From a virus (taxonomy: Duplodnaviria > Caudoviricetes): a stretch of 64,000 nucleotides of DNA. A model generated the notes under the pieces. The model was not told the origin of the DNA, ran no database searches, and saw only the letters and a list, made by a program, of their open reading frames with translations. Positions 16,847 through 25,962 of this stretch are shown here, one piece after another; positions within the stretch are counted from its first letter, which is position 1, and every line of letters starts with the position of its first letter. The stretch spans positions 1-64,000 of IMG/VR virus record IMGVR_UViG_3300021399_000009; one strand, given 5' to 3'. A program made the translations under genes and the position numbers.

Positions 16847-17238
16847 GCAGAGAGATATTATTTAGAGGTAAAGTTAAATTACCAGACAACTATAGAGGAC
16901 ATAATCTATCGTATCGAAATGGAGATTGGGTATACGGATTAATGAACTCTAATGAAAGCATAAGGGGAATCTTTGTAGACACAAACACTATAGGACAGTA
17001 TACAGGATTGACTGATAAAAATGGCACTAAGATTTTTGAAAATGACATTTTACAAGTAAATTACCACGGTGATGAAATAGGTCGAGTGTGTATCTATTAT
17101 AAATTTGCAATGTATCTTTGCAGTACAATTTGTGGGGATATAGATTTTGATACACTTGGGATGCTTAACGCTAATTATCAATTAGAGGTCATAGGTAATG
17201 TTTATGACAATCCAGAATTATTACAGGAGAACAGCTAA
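16843..17238 (+). CDS. YopX-family protein
   Basis: REILFRGK..WVYG..GQYTGLTDKNGTKIFENDI..EVIGNVYDNPELL. Confidence 0.85.
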   Translation: MSREILFRGKVKLPDNYRGHNLSYRNGDWVYGLMNSNESIRGIFVDTNTIGQYTGLTDKNGTKIFENDILQVNYHGDEIGRVCIYYKFAMYLCSTICGDIDFDTLGMLNANYQLEVIGNVYDNPELLQENS

Positions 17239-17720
17239 TGAGAGGTAATCTTTATAGAGCAATGGACGAAATATTATTCAGAGCGAAAGCTATAAACCGT
17301 GACTTTGATAGAGAATATAGAGCCAATTATAAGAACGGTGATTGGGTATATGGTCTTATAACAAAGTCATACGATGAACGCTTTCCGAAACTTTCTGCTG
17401 AAATGAGAAATACCGATGGAATTAGTGGGATTGAAGTTGACTATAAGACAATAGGAATGTGGACAGGCAAACTTGATTGTGAAGAAAATTATATATTCGA
17501 GAACGACATTCTTCAAGATGTTGATACAGGGGAATACGTAGTTGTTCAATGGTTTTCAGAACATTCCTCTTTTATGGTTTGGCGAATAACTATTAATAAG
17601 GTAGAGTTCCTATATTCTTTTCTTGATTCCAAATACAAAAAATTAAAAGTTATAGGTAACGTATATGATGGTCAGAATTTAATAGATAAAGTAATGGGGG
17701 AGTTTGATTATGAATCGTGA
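17238..17720 (+). CDS. YopX-family protein
   Basis: EILFRAK..WVYG..TG..D....IFENDI..KVIGNVYD. Confidence 0.85.
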   Translation: MRGNLYRAMDEILFRAKAINRDFDREYRANYKNGDWVYGLITKSYDERFPKLSAEMRNTDGISGIEVDYKTIGMWTGKLDCEENYIFENDILQDVDTGEYVVVQWFSEHSSFMVWRITINKVEFLYSFLDSKYKKLKVIGNVYDGQNLIDKVMGEFDYES

Positions 17721-18045
17721 ACCAGTTCCTATTGACGAGATTGATGGCTATGTTACCAAGGATTCTATGTATAGACTAATATCTCAATACAAACGTGAAG
17801 GTCGCATTTCACAAGCAACGGCACAGGATATGTGTAATGCAATCGCTTATTCAATTGGAGTAGAAAGAACCAAAGACAGATGGATATGGGATGCTATGTG
17901 TCTGTTCAAAACCATACAAAGCTGGTTTACAGAAAACAAAGTGTCATTCACTATGCTTTTAAGGGAAATTGATAATAAGAATATAGAGTATCTTTATAAT
18001 GAGATAGATAATCTTTATGAAAAATATAAGGAGATAACACAATGA
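17710..18045 (+). CDS. Hypothetical protein
   Basis: GGGGAG RBS, overlapping operon. Confidence 0.7.
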   Translation: MNREPVPIDEIDGYVTKDSMYRLISQYKREGRISQATAQDMCNAIAYSIGVERTKDRWIWDAMCLFKTIQSWFTENKVSFTMLLREIDNKNIEYLYNEIDNLYEKYKEITQ

Positions 18046-18401
18046 GTATAAAATTTCCAAACGGAATAAATATTTTCTTTGGAGATGCAGATGTTTTAGA
18101 CGCAGAGTCATTTAAAAAAATAATATATTACCCTTGCAGCCATGCATTGCCAAACGAAAAACTTGAATGGGTGCGTGACCAATTTGAAAATAAATCTACA
18201 TTTATGCAGGATGTATCAATAGTAACTAATGATATAATAATTCTTAACGCATTAGATGTATTCTTACATAAATATGGTATGTGGGATGACGTTGGTTTAT
18301 ACATTATTCAAGATGAAGTAAAAAAAGTGAACGAGACAGAGGAAATTTATTCACTCATATACCGAACCTTACAGGACTTAGAAAATATTGAATGGGAATA
18401 A
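18042..18401 (+). CDS. Hypothetical protein resembling a degenerate ABC-type ATPase C-terminal half
   Basis: IIYYPCSHALP and SIVTNDIIILNAL echo hhhEEPExHLHP and hhTTHSxxhLNxL. Confidence 0.5.
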   Translation: MSIKFPNGINIFFGDADVLDAESFKKIIYYPCSHALPNEKLEWVRDQFENKSTFMQDVSIVTNDIIILNALDVFLHKYGMWDDVGLYIIQDEVKKVNETEEIYSLIYRTLQDLENIEWE

Positions 18402-18447
18402 GGTGCAAATCATCATTCACATAATGTTTAATTAAGGAGGATAGAGG

Positions 18448-18777
18448 ATGGCAAAATGCGATGAAGAAACAATGTGCGTGGTATGTCCCCATAGATATTG
18501 TATTGATGAAGAAGAAATGTATCAGAGATTAATTGAAGATACAAAACATCAGGTAGAAAAATGGGGATTAAAATGGATTAATATTTGGTTTGAAAAGGAT
18601 GATACTATTGCGTTAAAGGCATTTGAACGGTATCGTGAATGGTTAAGAGGGTGCGGATATGAAGGCAATCAACCATCATATAAAGAATGGTTAGTATATA
18701 CTGTCGATTCACATAGACCTGACAGAGGATGCGGATGTCACAATGGTACTTTTTATTTTCATAAGATAAAAGAATAA
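18448..18777 (+). CDS. Hypothetical protein
   Basis: AGGAGG RBS. Confidence 0.7.
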   Translation: MAKCDEETMCVVCPHRYCIDEEEMYQRLIEDTKHQVEKWGLKWINIWFEKDDTIALKAFERYREWLRGCGYEGNQPSYKEWLVYTVDSHRPDRGCGCHNGTFYFHKIKE

Positions 18778-18797
18778 TTCTATAGGAGATGGTATAG

Positions 18798-19040
18798 ATG
18801 GCTAAAATAATATGCACCAAAGATGAATATGACAAGTTATCAACTGTATTAACTGACAATCCTGAGTTTCTTGCAAATATAAGTATTCTTTATGATATTG
18901 TTGAAAAATCACCTACTATACCAAAAGATTATTTATACGATACTGAAACAAATGAATTTTATGTTTATCGTCATAAATATACAGGTAATGAAATTCATAT
19001 TGTAAAAGAACCATCAATATATCTCATATGTGATTTTTAA
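18798..19040 (+). CDS. Hypothetical protein
   Basis: AGGAG RBS. Confidence 0.65.
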   Translation: MAKIICTKDEYDKLSTVLTDNPEFLANISILYDIVEKSPTIPKDYLYDTETNEFYVYRHKYTGNEIHIVKEPSIYLICDF

Positions 19041-19091
19041 AGCGAGAATTTGCCTATATGTCGTTATTTAGAAAGAGGTATTTTTTAAGGA

Positions 19092-19421
19092 GTGATGATA
19101 ATGTTTGATTGCATTTATAGAGATGAAGTCAAGCAGAAAATAAAAGAAAAAATAGAGTGCCTTGATTATGTAAGAATATTGAGCAAGGGAAATGTTGAGA
19201 CACTTAAACAGATTGAAATATTTAAAAAAGTGCTTAATCAAATTTGTTGTGATATTGATAATATAAGAGCCGCAGATGTACAGCCCGTGAAATGTGGATA
19301 TTGGATATGGGACGGCAACAAAGAAGAATGTATATGCTCAGAGTGCGGAAAAGGTAATTTGAAATACTCTACAGTATTTTGCCCTGACTGCGGAGCAAGA
19401 ATGGACGGTGATATAGAATGA
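19092..19421 (+). CDS. Phage zinc-ribbon protein
   Basis: ADVQPV..G.W..CSECG..FCPDCGARMDG. Confidence 0.75.
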   Translation: MMIMFDCIYRDEVKQKIKEKIECLDYVRILSKGNVETLKQIEIFKKVLNQICCDIDNIRAADVQPVKCGYWIWDGNKEECICSECGKGNLKYSTVFCPDCGARMDGDIE

Positions 19422-19726
19422 AAGAATGGATAGACTTATCTTTGCGACTGATAGGTTTTGCAGTAGTTGTCTCAGCAATGATAATCAGTATTCGTCTTAT
19501 TTTCGACAAGTATATCAGAGGTACGTTCTGTAAACACAAGTATACAGTTCAAGGCAGACTAAAAATGAGGAAAGAAAACATTCTTTTCTTAAAATGCAAC
19601 AAGTGCGGAAAAGAAAAAGATATTGAGATATATGATGACAAACTCACAATAGAGTTAAAAAGAGAGGTTGAAAAGGATGGCGATACAAATGGGCTGTTAT
19701 ATACAGGACAAAACGGCAGAATTTAA
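19418..19726 (+). CDS. Membrane-anchored hypothetical protein with C/H motif
   Basis: N-terminal TM; CKHKY...CNKC. Confidence 0.7.
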   Translation: MKEWIDLSLRLIGFAVVVSAMIISIRLIFDKYIRGTFCKHKYTVQGRLKMRKENILFLKCNKCGKEKDIEIYDDKLTIELKREVEKDGDTNGLLYTGQNGRI

Positions 19727-19871
19727 TAAGCGTATTGATGATGCGTTTACAGAGCTTGATACTCAAAGAAACAGTAAGATACATTACTTAAAAGGATATG
19801 CAATGTATCACAAAAAGGAAAGGGTTGCCAATAACAAAGCAATCAAAGAGCAGGAGGCTGAAAATGTTTGA
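19677..19871 (+). CDS. Small hypothetical protein
   Basis: GAGG RBS before ATG 19677. Confidence 0.55.
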   Translation: MAIQMGCYIQDKTAEFNKRIDDAFTELDTQRNSKIHYLKGYAMYHKKERVANNKAIKEQEAENV

Positions 19872-20001
19872 TACAATAGGTGGGTTAAGTGATATGATGT
19901 TTCATATAGCTATATATTTGTTTTTATGGCGTATTCTTTCCGAATTGATTGATATAAAAGAATGTTTAAAAAGAAAGGAGAGTGATGCTAATGACGATTG
20001 A
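19864..20001 (+). CDS. Small membrane protein
   Basis: GGAGG RBS before ATG 19864; one hydrophobic helix. Confidence 0.55.
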   Translation: MFDTIGGLSDMMFHIAIYLFLWRILSELIDIKECLKRKESDANDD

Positions 20002-20314
20002 AGAAGCTATAAAGGTACTCAGACAGCATAACGTAAAAGGTGCGTCAGTATTGAGAATCACAAAAGGACAGGCATTAGAAAAAGACCTGCTTGCACAGGT
20101 ATTAGATAGCTGTATTCAGCTTATTTCCGAAAAAGCTGAATACAAACGACTGTTGAAAGCGGCGGTTGAGGATATGAACAAAGAAGCAGACTGTGGTATA
20201 TGCCTACACGACAATGACGGTGAGTGTCCGATAGAAGTAGCAGCTTGTAAATTTAAGTGGAGATACGCTGACGAAGCCCTCGCTCTGATTGGAGATAATG
20301 TAAATGGGATATAA
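19982..20314 (+). CDS. Hypothetical protein (paralog of next gene)
   Basis: KRLLK.AVED.N..C..C..C.FKW.Y.DE. Confidence 0.7.
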   Translation: MMLMTIEEAIKVLRQHNVKGASVLRITKGQALEKDLLAQVLDSCIQLISEKAEYKRLLKAAVEDMNKEADCGICLHDNDGECPIEVAACKFKWRYADEALALIGDNVNGI

Positions 20315-20624
20315 AGCATATAGTGATAGCTACCTTATGTCATTGACAAAGGCTGAGATTATAGAATTGCTGCGAGTTACAGAACATAACTTCTTTGCAA
20401 CGGAAGAAGCCTTGAATAATTCTGCAAAGGCAGGAATGGAGATAGCAGAGAAGTATGAAAAGGCAAAGCGACTTTTGAAAATGGCAGTAGAGGATTTAAA
20501 CTTTAATACTGTTTGTTTTAATTGTGATACTTGTAAAGTGTGTGCTAAAAAATACGATATATCCTGCGAAGAAAAGTTTAAGTGGTATTATACTGACGAA
20601 GTCGAAAAACTAATTAAAAGTTAA
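20304..20624 (+). CDS. Hypothetical protein (paralog of previous gene)
   Basis: KRLLK.AVED.N..C..C..C..FKW.Y.DE. Confidence 0.7.
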   Translation: MGYKAYSDSYLMSLTKAEIIELLRVTEHNFFATEEALNNSAKAGMEIAEKYEKAKRLLKMAVEDLNFNTVCFNCDTCKVCAKKYDISCEEKFKWYYTDEVEKLIKS

Positions 20625-20658
20625 AGGTTACATTTTAAAAGGAAGAAGATGAAGGACT

Positions 20659-20883
20659 ATGTTTGAACCAGACCTCTATTGGATTGACCCAAAGAGAGAA
20701 CTACCGAAATGTAACCATTCAGATGTAATTGTACTTTATAATGACGAGTGCTATATGGCGGTATTCGTTGGAAATAACAACGCTAATATATTTATCATCA
20801 AGCACAATGACTGTCCATACATAAAGCAGAGTACAGATATACAAGGATGGTTGCCAATTCCCAATAAGGAGAACATCAGATGA
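20659..20883 (+). CDS. DUF551-like small phage protein
   Basis: WI....LP...VIV......W.P.P pattern; flanked by two 6-6-6 palindromes. Confidence 0.6.
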   Translation: MFEPDLYWIDPKRELPKCNHSDVIVLYNDECYMAVFVGNNNANIFIIKHNDCPYIKQSTDIQGWLPIPNKENIR

Positions 20884-20908
20884 TAAATGCTACATTTTAT
20901 GAAAGGAG

Positions 20909-21220
20909 TTGAGTAGTATGAATAAATCTTTTCATTTGTATCTCGATAATGACAGTGCAGATATTCTTCATTCTTATGCCAAAACAAAAAAGGCAATCGA
21001 TGAGAACTATCCAATAATAATGACAACTCAAATATTATTATGTAAAACATCCTTAATTGAGAAAGGGTATCGTATATTCGTATATCCGAAGATTGGAGAA
21101 CGATTTGAAATAACACTTGGAGCTTGTGAATGTACAAACAAAGAAATACGGATGGGTCACAATATAGCTAACTTAATAGTTAATGGTGAGTTCTATCGTG
21201 ACGGAATGGTATTGCTATGA
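20909..21220 (+). CDS. Hypothetical protein
   Basis: AAGGAG RBS. Confidence 0.7.
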   Translation: MSSMNKSFHLYLDNDSADILHSYAKTKKAIDENYPIIMTTQILLCKTSLIEKGYRIFVYPKIGERFEITLGACECTNKEIRMGHNIANLIVNGEFYRDGMVLL

Positions 21221-21248
21221 ATCGTGAACATAAAAGGAGTTGTAAAAC

Positions 21249-21443
21249 ATGAGTGAATATACCGATGTGGATATGCTAAAAAGCCTTGTGAGAACAGTTG
21301 AGTTGCTTACCGAAGAAAACAAGGAGTTGCGACAAGAACTAAAAGAGTTGAGAAGCAATTATGGTTATTGTACACAACTCACCAACGAACAGAAAGAAGA
21401 AATTGAAATGGTTTGGAAGAATTTTAAGGAGGGCAGACAATAA
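21249..21443 (+). CDS. Small coiled-coil protein
   Basis: AAGGAG RBS. Confidence 0.65.
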   Translation: MSEYTDVDMLKSLVRTVELLTEENKELRQELKELRSNYGYCTQLTNEQKEEIEMVWKNFKEGRQ

Positions 21444-21910
21444 TGAGATACGTTGCAGACGATGGTATGGAGTTTGATACAGAACAGGAATGTCTTGAAT
21501 ATGAAAATAAGCAAATGAAGATTAAAGATAATTTTGTTTTGTACGATAAAGACTTTAATAAAATAGATGATATTAACGATACTGACAATTATGAGTATAT
21601 TTATATTATTTCTGATGTTCAAGGAGTTGCAGAATATCTTCACTATTGGGTTGGCTTTAGCGATGGATTAAACGATATAGGTCTTTTCTGGTTGAACAAT
21701 GAAGGGGAATGGGAATCTGTAAATGACTTAATAGACTATCATAAAAAGGAGCTTGATAGACTTATAAAAGCGGTTGATAAAATACAGCCATTTAAAAAGT
21801 CTTGTGAAACTTGTAAGTATTTTCATGAATCGACTCAGTGGTGCAGTCGGTATAATGATACAACATACTCCACTAATTGCACTCGGTATGAAAACAAGGA
21901 GGGTGATTAA
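21443..21910 (+). CDS. Hypothetical protein
   Basis: YVADDG.EF....CLEYE N-terminus typical of phage ORFans. Confidence 0.7.
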   Translation: MRYVADDGMEFDTEQECLEYENKQMKIKDNFVLYDKDFNKIDDINDTDNYEYIYIISDVQGVAEYLHYWVGFSDGLNDIGLFWLNNEGEWESVNDLIDYHKKELDRLIKAVDKIQPFKKSCETCKYFHESTQWCSRYNDTTYSTNCTRYENKEGD

Positions 21911-22294
21911 ATGTCAATTAGCTTAGCTAATAAACAATCTATAAGGTGTCCTTATTGCGGTTCGCCTATGATATGGACATTTGAACGTGATGATATAATA
22001 GGTGATTATCCAGTATGTTTTTGTGATAGTTGCAAGATAACTATAAAAGCAGAGAATGATAGTCCATATATGAACGATGACAAAACAGCAGAGTATCTTG
22101 TAGATAAACTCATATCAGCTTGCAAGCGAAAGGTTAAAGTCCATAAACGACCAAAGTGTAGTTGCTGGCAAAAGGGACATTGGTACATAAAAAATATGGA
22201 CACCTGTCTGGGAACGAGAGAGCAAGACCCTTGTGACTGCAAGGGAGATATAAGAAAATGCAATTATTATCCTGAGAAAAGAGGTAAAAAATAA
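21911..22294 (+). CDS. Lar-like zinc-ribbon hypothetical protein
   Basis: CPYCG...CDSC and further Cys clusters. Confidence 0.65.
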   Translation: MSISLANKQSIRCPYCGSPMIWTFERDDIIGDYPVCFCDSCKITIKAENDSPYMNDDKTAEYLVDKLISACKRKVKVHKRPKCSCWQKGHWYIKNMDTCLGTREQDPCDCKGDIRKCNYYPEKRGKK

Positions 22295-23070
22295 TGAAAA
22301 ATAAGTTTAAAGTCGGGGATAGAGTAAGAATTAAACAGTGGGACGAGATGGTTAAGGAATTTGGACTAACTGTCGATGGCTACATCCCATTTACTAAAAC
22401 TTGTGACATAACGTTTACAAATTATATGGAACACTTATGCGGAAGAACAGCAACAATAACAAGTATCAATTATAAGACAGAGGAAGTTGACCTTGACTTT
22501 GATGATAAATCGGGAGATACTAATTGGTGCTTCTTTTTGGGTGCTATTGAAGCTATTGAAGAAGAAAAAGCAATGGATAAGCAAGAAAGAATCAAAGAGC
22601 TTAAAAAGCAGATTGAAGAAATTAACGCTGAGATTAATGAACTTGAACGAGATGATACTCTTGAACAGTACGAGAATGATTTGAGTTGGGCGGTTAAAAG
22701 ATATACTTTAGATGAATTTGGTCGTATTAAAATATTAGAACCTATTGTTGGTTTTGATGCAAATGAATACAATCCATATTGTCATTATATGACAGAGGAA
22801 TATGTCAATAAAGCAGCTCGGATGAAGAAGTTCAACGATATGCTTATGGCATTTAAGTGGTGTTATGACAGAGATTACGAGCCTGATTGGACAACAGATT
22901 GTGCTAAGTATTGTGTTGTTTATAATTTTGATGCCAACCCCAAGCGTTATTATGTTAATTGGAGTTATGCGTATAGACATAATGCAATTTATTTCAGCAC
23001 AAAGGAAATCGCACAGAAATGTGCAGACTGGCTTAACAACATTGACCCGAACGTTGAGCTTATGGTATAA
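22294..23070 (+). CDS. Two-domain hypothetical protein (SH3-like N-terminus plus paralog of 8076-8570)
   Basis: KFKVGDRVRI; C-terminal YFSTKEIAQKCADWLN. Confidence 0.75.
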   Translation: MKNKFKVGDRVRIKQWDEMVKEFGLTVDGYIPFTKTCDITFTNYMEHLCGRTATITSINYKTEEVDLDFDDKSGDTNWCFFLGAIEAIEEEKAMDKQERIKELKKQIEEINAEINELERDDTLEQYENDLSWAVKRYTLDEFGRIKILEPIVGFDANEYNPYCHYMTEEYVNKAARMKKFNDMLMAFKWCYDRDYEPDWTTDCAKYCVVYNFDANPKRYYVNWSYAYRHNAIYFSTKEIAQKCADWLNNIDPNVELMV

Positions 23071-23099
23071 AATTTTTTCAGAAAAATTTCAAAAAACGC

Positions 23100-23182
23100 T
23101 TGACAAAGTATAAATAATATAGTATAATAATATATGTACTTTAAAGATTATTTTTTATATATCTACAAAGTAAAAATCATAT
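23100..23182 (+). promoter_or_regulatory. Replication-operon sigma-A promoter with two operator copies
   Basis: TTGACA 23100, TATAAT 23123; motif at 23105 and 23167. Confidence 0.85.
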
Positions 23183-23203
23183 AATTGAAAGGAAAGAATT
23201 AAA

Positions 23204-24262
23204 ATGGCAGAAAAGAAGAACAACGCACCTCACGACCTCCAGCAGACAAAAGGAAAGTTCCAGTTTAGAGGTATTGTAACAGGAACAGGCAAAGACAACT
23301 TCTATGTTGACAAGAACACACGGACTGGTAAGCCGTTCAGAGCAATCTCTTTTGGTGTCGAATACGACAAGGACAAGAAGGATTATATCTCTCTTAATGG
23401 CATGGAGAAAGACAAAGTTTCCTTCTCTAAGAGAGAAACTGTCGATGGCAAGACAAAGGTAACTACCGAGAAAGTTGCTTGGAAGGACAGATTTAATTTT
23501 AAGAAGGAAGGATTCGGTCTTATAGGTGTAACTCTTGGACTCGAAAAAACAATAGACTCAAAGGGCAAGGAAGTAAACAAGAATGTAACTCTTGTTGAAT
23601 TTGATGCTTGTGACCATATCAAGAATTATCTTGAAGATGGACAGAGCGTATTTGTAAAGGGCAATATTGATTATAGTACATATGATAATAAGCACTATAC
23701 CAAGTTTGTTCCCACTCAGATTTCTCTTTGTTCTAAGGATGTTGATTTTGAGGACGAGAAGTTTGAGCCTAATCACCAGTTTACACAGCAGATAGTGTAT
23801 ATGGGTATTAGCAAGGATAAGGAGTGTAAGGATAAGGACAGATTCATTATCTCAGCTAAGATTATTGGTTATAGCTCAATCGAAGATGTAGAGTTTGTAA
23901 CTTATAAGCCTAAGCTGGCTAATACATTAAAGAAAGTTCTTAAACCTTATAATGCTATCACGGTATTTGGTGATATTGATGTAAATGCTTCTGTTGAGAC
24001 AGTCAAGGAGGAGGACGATGAATGGGGCGATTCCAATAAAATGGACAAGATTAGCAGTCCTTTTGTAAGAGAAATGGTTGTTACTGGTGCTGATAAGGAA
24101 AGCATTGATACAGAACTCTATTCCGAGGAGTCTGTTGAGAGTGCTATCGCAAAACTGGCTAACAAAGACAAGGCTAACAAGGAATTTGGTAGCAGCTCTG
24201 ATGACGATTGGGAGAGCGTTGATAGTAGTTCTGGCGATGACGATGATGACGAATGGGATTAA
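23204..24262 (+). CDS. Putative single-stranded DNA-binding protein
   Basis: Beta-rich, very acidic aromatic C-tail (DDDDDEWD); first gene of the replication operon. Confidence 0.65.
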   Translation: MAEKKNNAPHDLQQTKGKFQFRGIVTGTGKDNFYVDKNTRTGKPFRAISFGVEYDKDKKDYISLNGMEKDKVSFSKRETVDGKTKVTTEKVAWKDRFNFKKEGFGLIGVTLGLEKTIDSKGKEVNKNVTLVEFDACDHIKNYLEDGQSVFVKGNIDYSTYDNKHYTKFVPTQISLCSKDVDFEDEKFEPNHQFTQQIVYMGISKDKECKDKDRFIISAKIIGYSSIEDVEFVTYKPKLANTLKKVLKPYNAITVFGDIDVNASVETVKEEDDEWGDSNKMDKISSPFVREMVVTGADKESIDTELYSEESVESAIAKLANKDKANKEFGSSSDDDWESVDSSSGDDDDDEWD

Positions 24263-24317
24263 TTTCCCATTCGTTCATACGAAAAAATATTAATGTAATA
24301 CAAAGGAGATTATAATT

Positions 24318-25493
24318 ATGGCAACAGCTCGTAAGGCAAGCAAAACACAGAGTAAGATAGCAATGGTTCTTTATGGAGAACAGTTTACAGGAAAGTCAAC
24401 TATGGCTATGCAGTTAGCATATTTTAAGCGACCTGACGGAAAGCCATTTAGAATACTTTACCTTGACCCTGAGAGTGGAAGTATTGACGATTATCTTCCT
24501 GACCTTGAAGCAAATGGCGTAGACCTTGGTAACATTTATATTGTTTATACTCAGTCTCTTGGCGAAGTACAGTCGTATATCAAGAAAGCAAGAAATGGCG
24601 AAGATTATTATGAACTTGATGATGACGGTAACGAAACTGACGAAGTAGTTGTTGATGCAGATGGCGAACCGTTCAGACCTGACGCTATTGTGATTGACGG
24701 TACAACTATACTCAACCTTTCTACCAAGCAGTCTCTTGTGGAGTTCTCTAAGAAACGTAACAGTGTAAAGGCAAAGGCACAGGGACTTGTAGGAGAGGAA
24801 AGACTTGTAAAGATTGAAGGTGCTGGTCTTGAACTTAAAGATTATAATACTATTAACTTTAAAGGACAGGATTTGATTCTCGACCTTATGGCTTGTGGTA
24901 AGCATTTTATTGTTACAGCGAGAGAAACAGATGAAAAGGTTTCCGTAAAACAGGCTGACGGTTCTGTAACCAGCGTTGCTACTGGTAGAAAGAAGCCCGA
25001 TGGATTCAAAGACCTCGGATATAATGCAAAGACAGTAATCCGTATGTTCCGTGATGAAGATGGTCAGGTATGTGCTCACGTTGAAAAGGACAGAACGCAC
25101 GTTCACGAAGATAACGCAATTCTTGTTGACCCTACACTTGTTGATTGGCAGAGTGTAATTGACAAGACAGCAAAAAACAAGGAGTTTGTAGTAAAGAATA
25201 GTCTTGTGCAGTCAGTTGAGAAAGAACAAGATATTTACGCAAGAGAAATTCTGGGTAGTGCAGGAAAGCCCGTAGACAATACAGAAGATACTCCTAATGA
25301 GTCCAATAATTCAACAGACGAACTCACTTCAATCAAGGAACAGATTTCTGCAATTCAGAAGTCCCTTAATCCTGTACAGAAGTCAAAGGCAAAGGCAGCT
25401 CTTACAGAAGCAGGACTTCCTACGGCTATTAAGTCAGTAACAGACATTGAGGTTCTGAGAAAGTGCTTTGAAATAATCTCAAATATTAAGTAA
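24318..25493 (+). CDS. AAA_24/Sak4-like P-loop ATPase
   Basis: LYGEQFTGKST, YLDPESG, IVIDGTT. Confidence 0.8.
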   Translation: MATARKASKTQSKIAMVLYGEQFTGKSTMAMQLAYFKRPDGKPFRILYLDPESGSIDDYLPDLEANGVDLGNIYIVYTQSLGEVQSYIKKARNGEDYYELDDDGNETDEVVVDADGEPFRPDAIVIDGTTILNLSTKQSLVEFSKKRNSVKAKAQGLVGEERLVKIEGAGLELKDYNTINFKGQDLILDLMACGKHFIVTARETDEKVSVKQADGSVTSVATGRKKPDGFKDLGYNAKTVIRMFRDEDGQVCAHVEKDRTHVHEDNAILVDPTLVDWQSVIDKTAKNKEFVVKNSLVQSVEKEQDIYAREILGSAGKPVDNTEDTPNESNNSTDELTSIKEQISAIQKSLNPVQKSKAKAALTEAGLPTAIKSVTDIEVLRKCFEIISNIK

Positions 25494-25509
25494 TAAGGTG
25501 TGAATAAAT

Positions 25510-25956
25510 ATGGCAAGGATTAGCAAAGAAGAAAAGGCAATGCGTGATAAACTTATTGAGTTTATATATTCCGAGTATGGAGTAACCACTTTACCCAAAT
25601 ACTTCTTTGTGAACCTTGCCAAAATTTATAATGGGACATACTCTAAGAATCTTAAAGAACCTATTCCTGTTGAAGATTTAAGTGATATGTGGCATAAAAA
25701 AATGGACTTCCTAAACAAAACGTATGAATACAATATGCAACACGGCAAGGAAATGTACGGAACTCAGCGAATCGCATACGACCTTGCAATTCTTATCAAT
25801 AAATATGATTCATACAAGCGATGGAAAGCCAAACAAAATGCTATACACGAACAAGAAAAGTCGTATGTTCAACAACAGGCTAAGATTAGAGTTGTTAAAC
25901 CTAAAATTCAAGTCCCAGAAGATGATGATATAAGTGATATTATAGACGAGATATAA
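25510..25956 (+). CDS. Replication-operon protein (possible helicase loader)
   Basis: Position between ATPase and helicase; acidic C-terminus DDDISDIIDEI. Confidence 0.6.
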   Translation: MARISKEEKAMRDKLIEFIYSEYGVTTLPKYFFVNLAKIYNGTYSKNLKEPIPVEDLSDMWHKKMDFLNKTYEYNMQHGKEMYGTQRIAYDLAILINKYDSYKRWKAKQNAIHEQEKSYVQQQAKIRVVKPKIQVPEDDDISDIIDEI

Positions 25957-25962
25957 AGGACG

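Noticed and set aside
18400-18415. Eleventh copy of the operator (AAGGTGCAAATCATCA)
   Set aside because: Only 12/16 match and no adjacent consensus promoter
19069-19086. Additional 6-6-6 palindrome (also ATAAAT-GTTTAC-TATCAA at about 2713)
   Set aside because: Arm symmetry too weak to distinguish from AT-rich background
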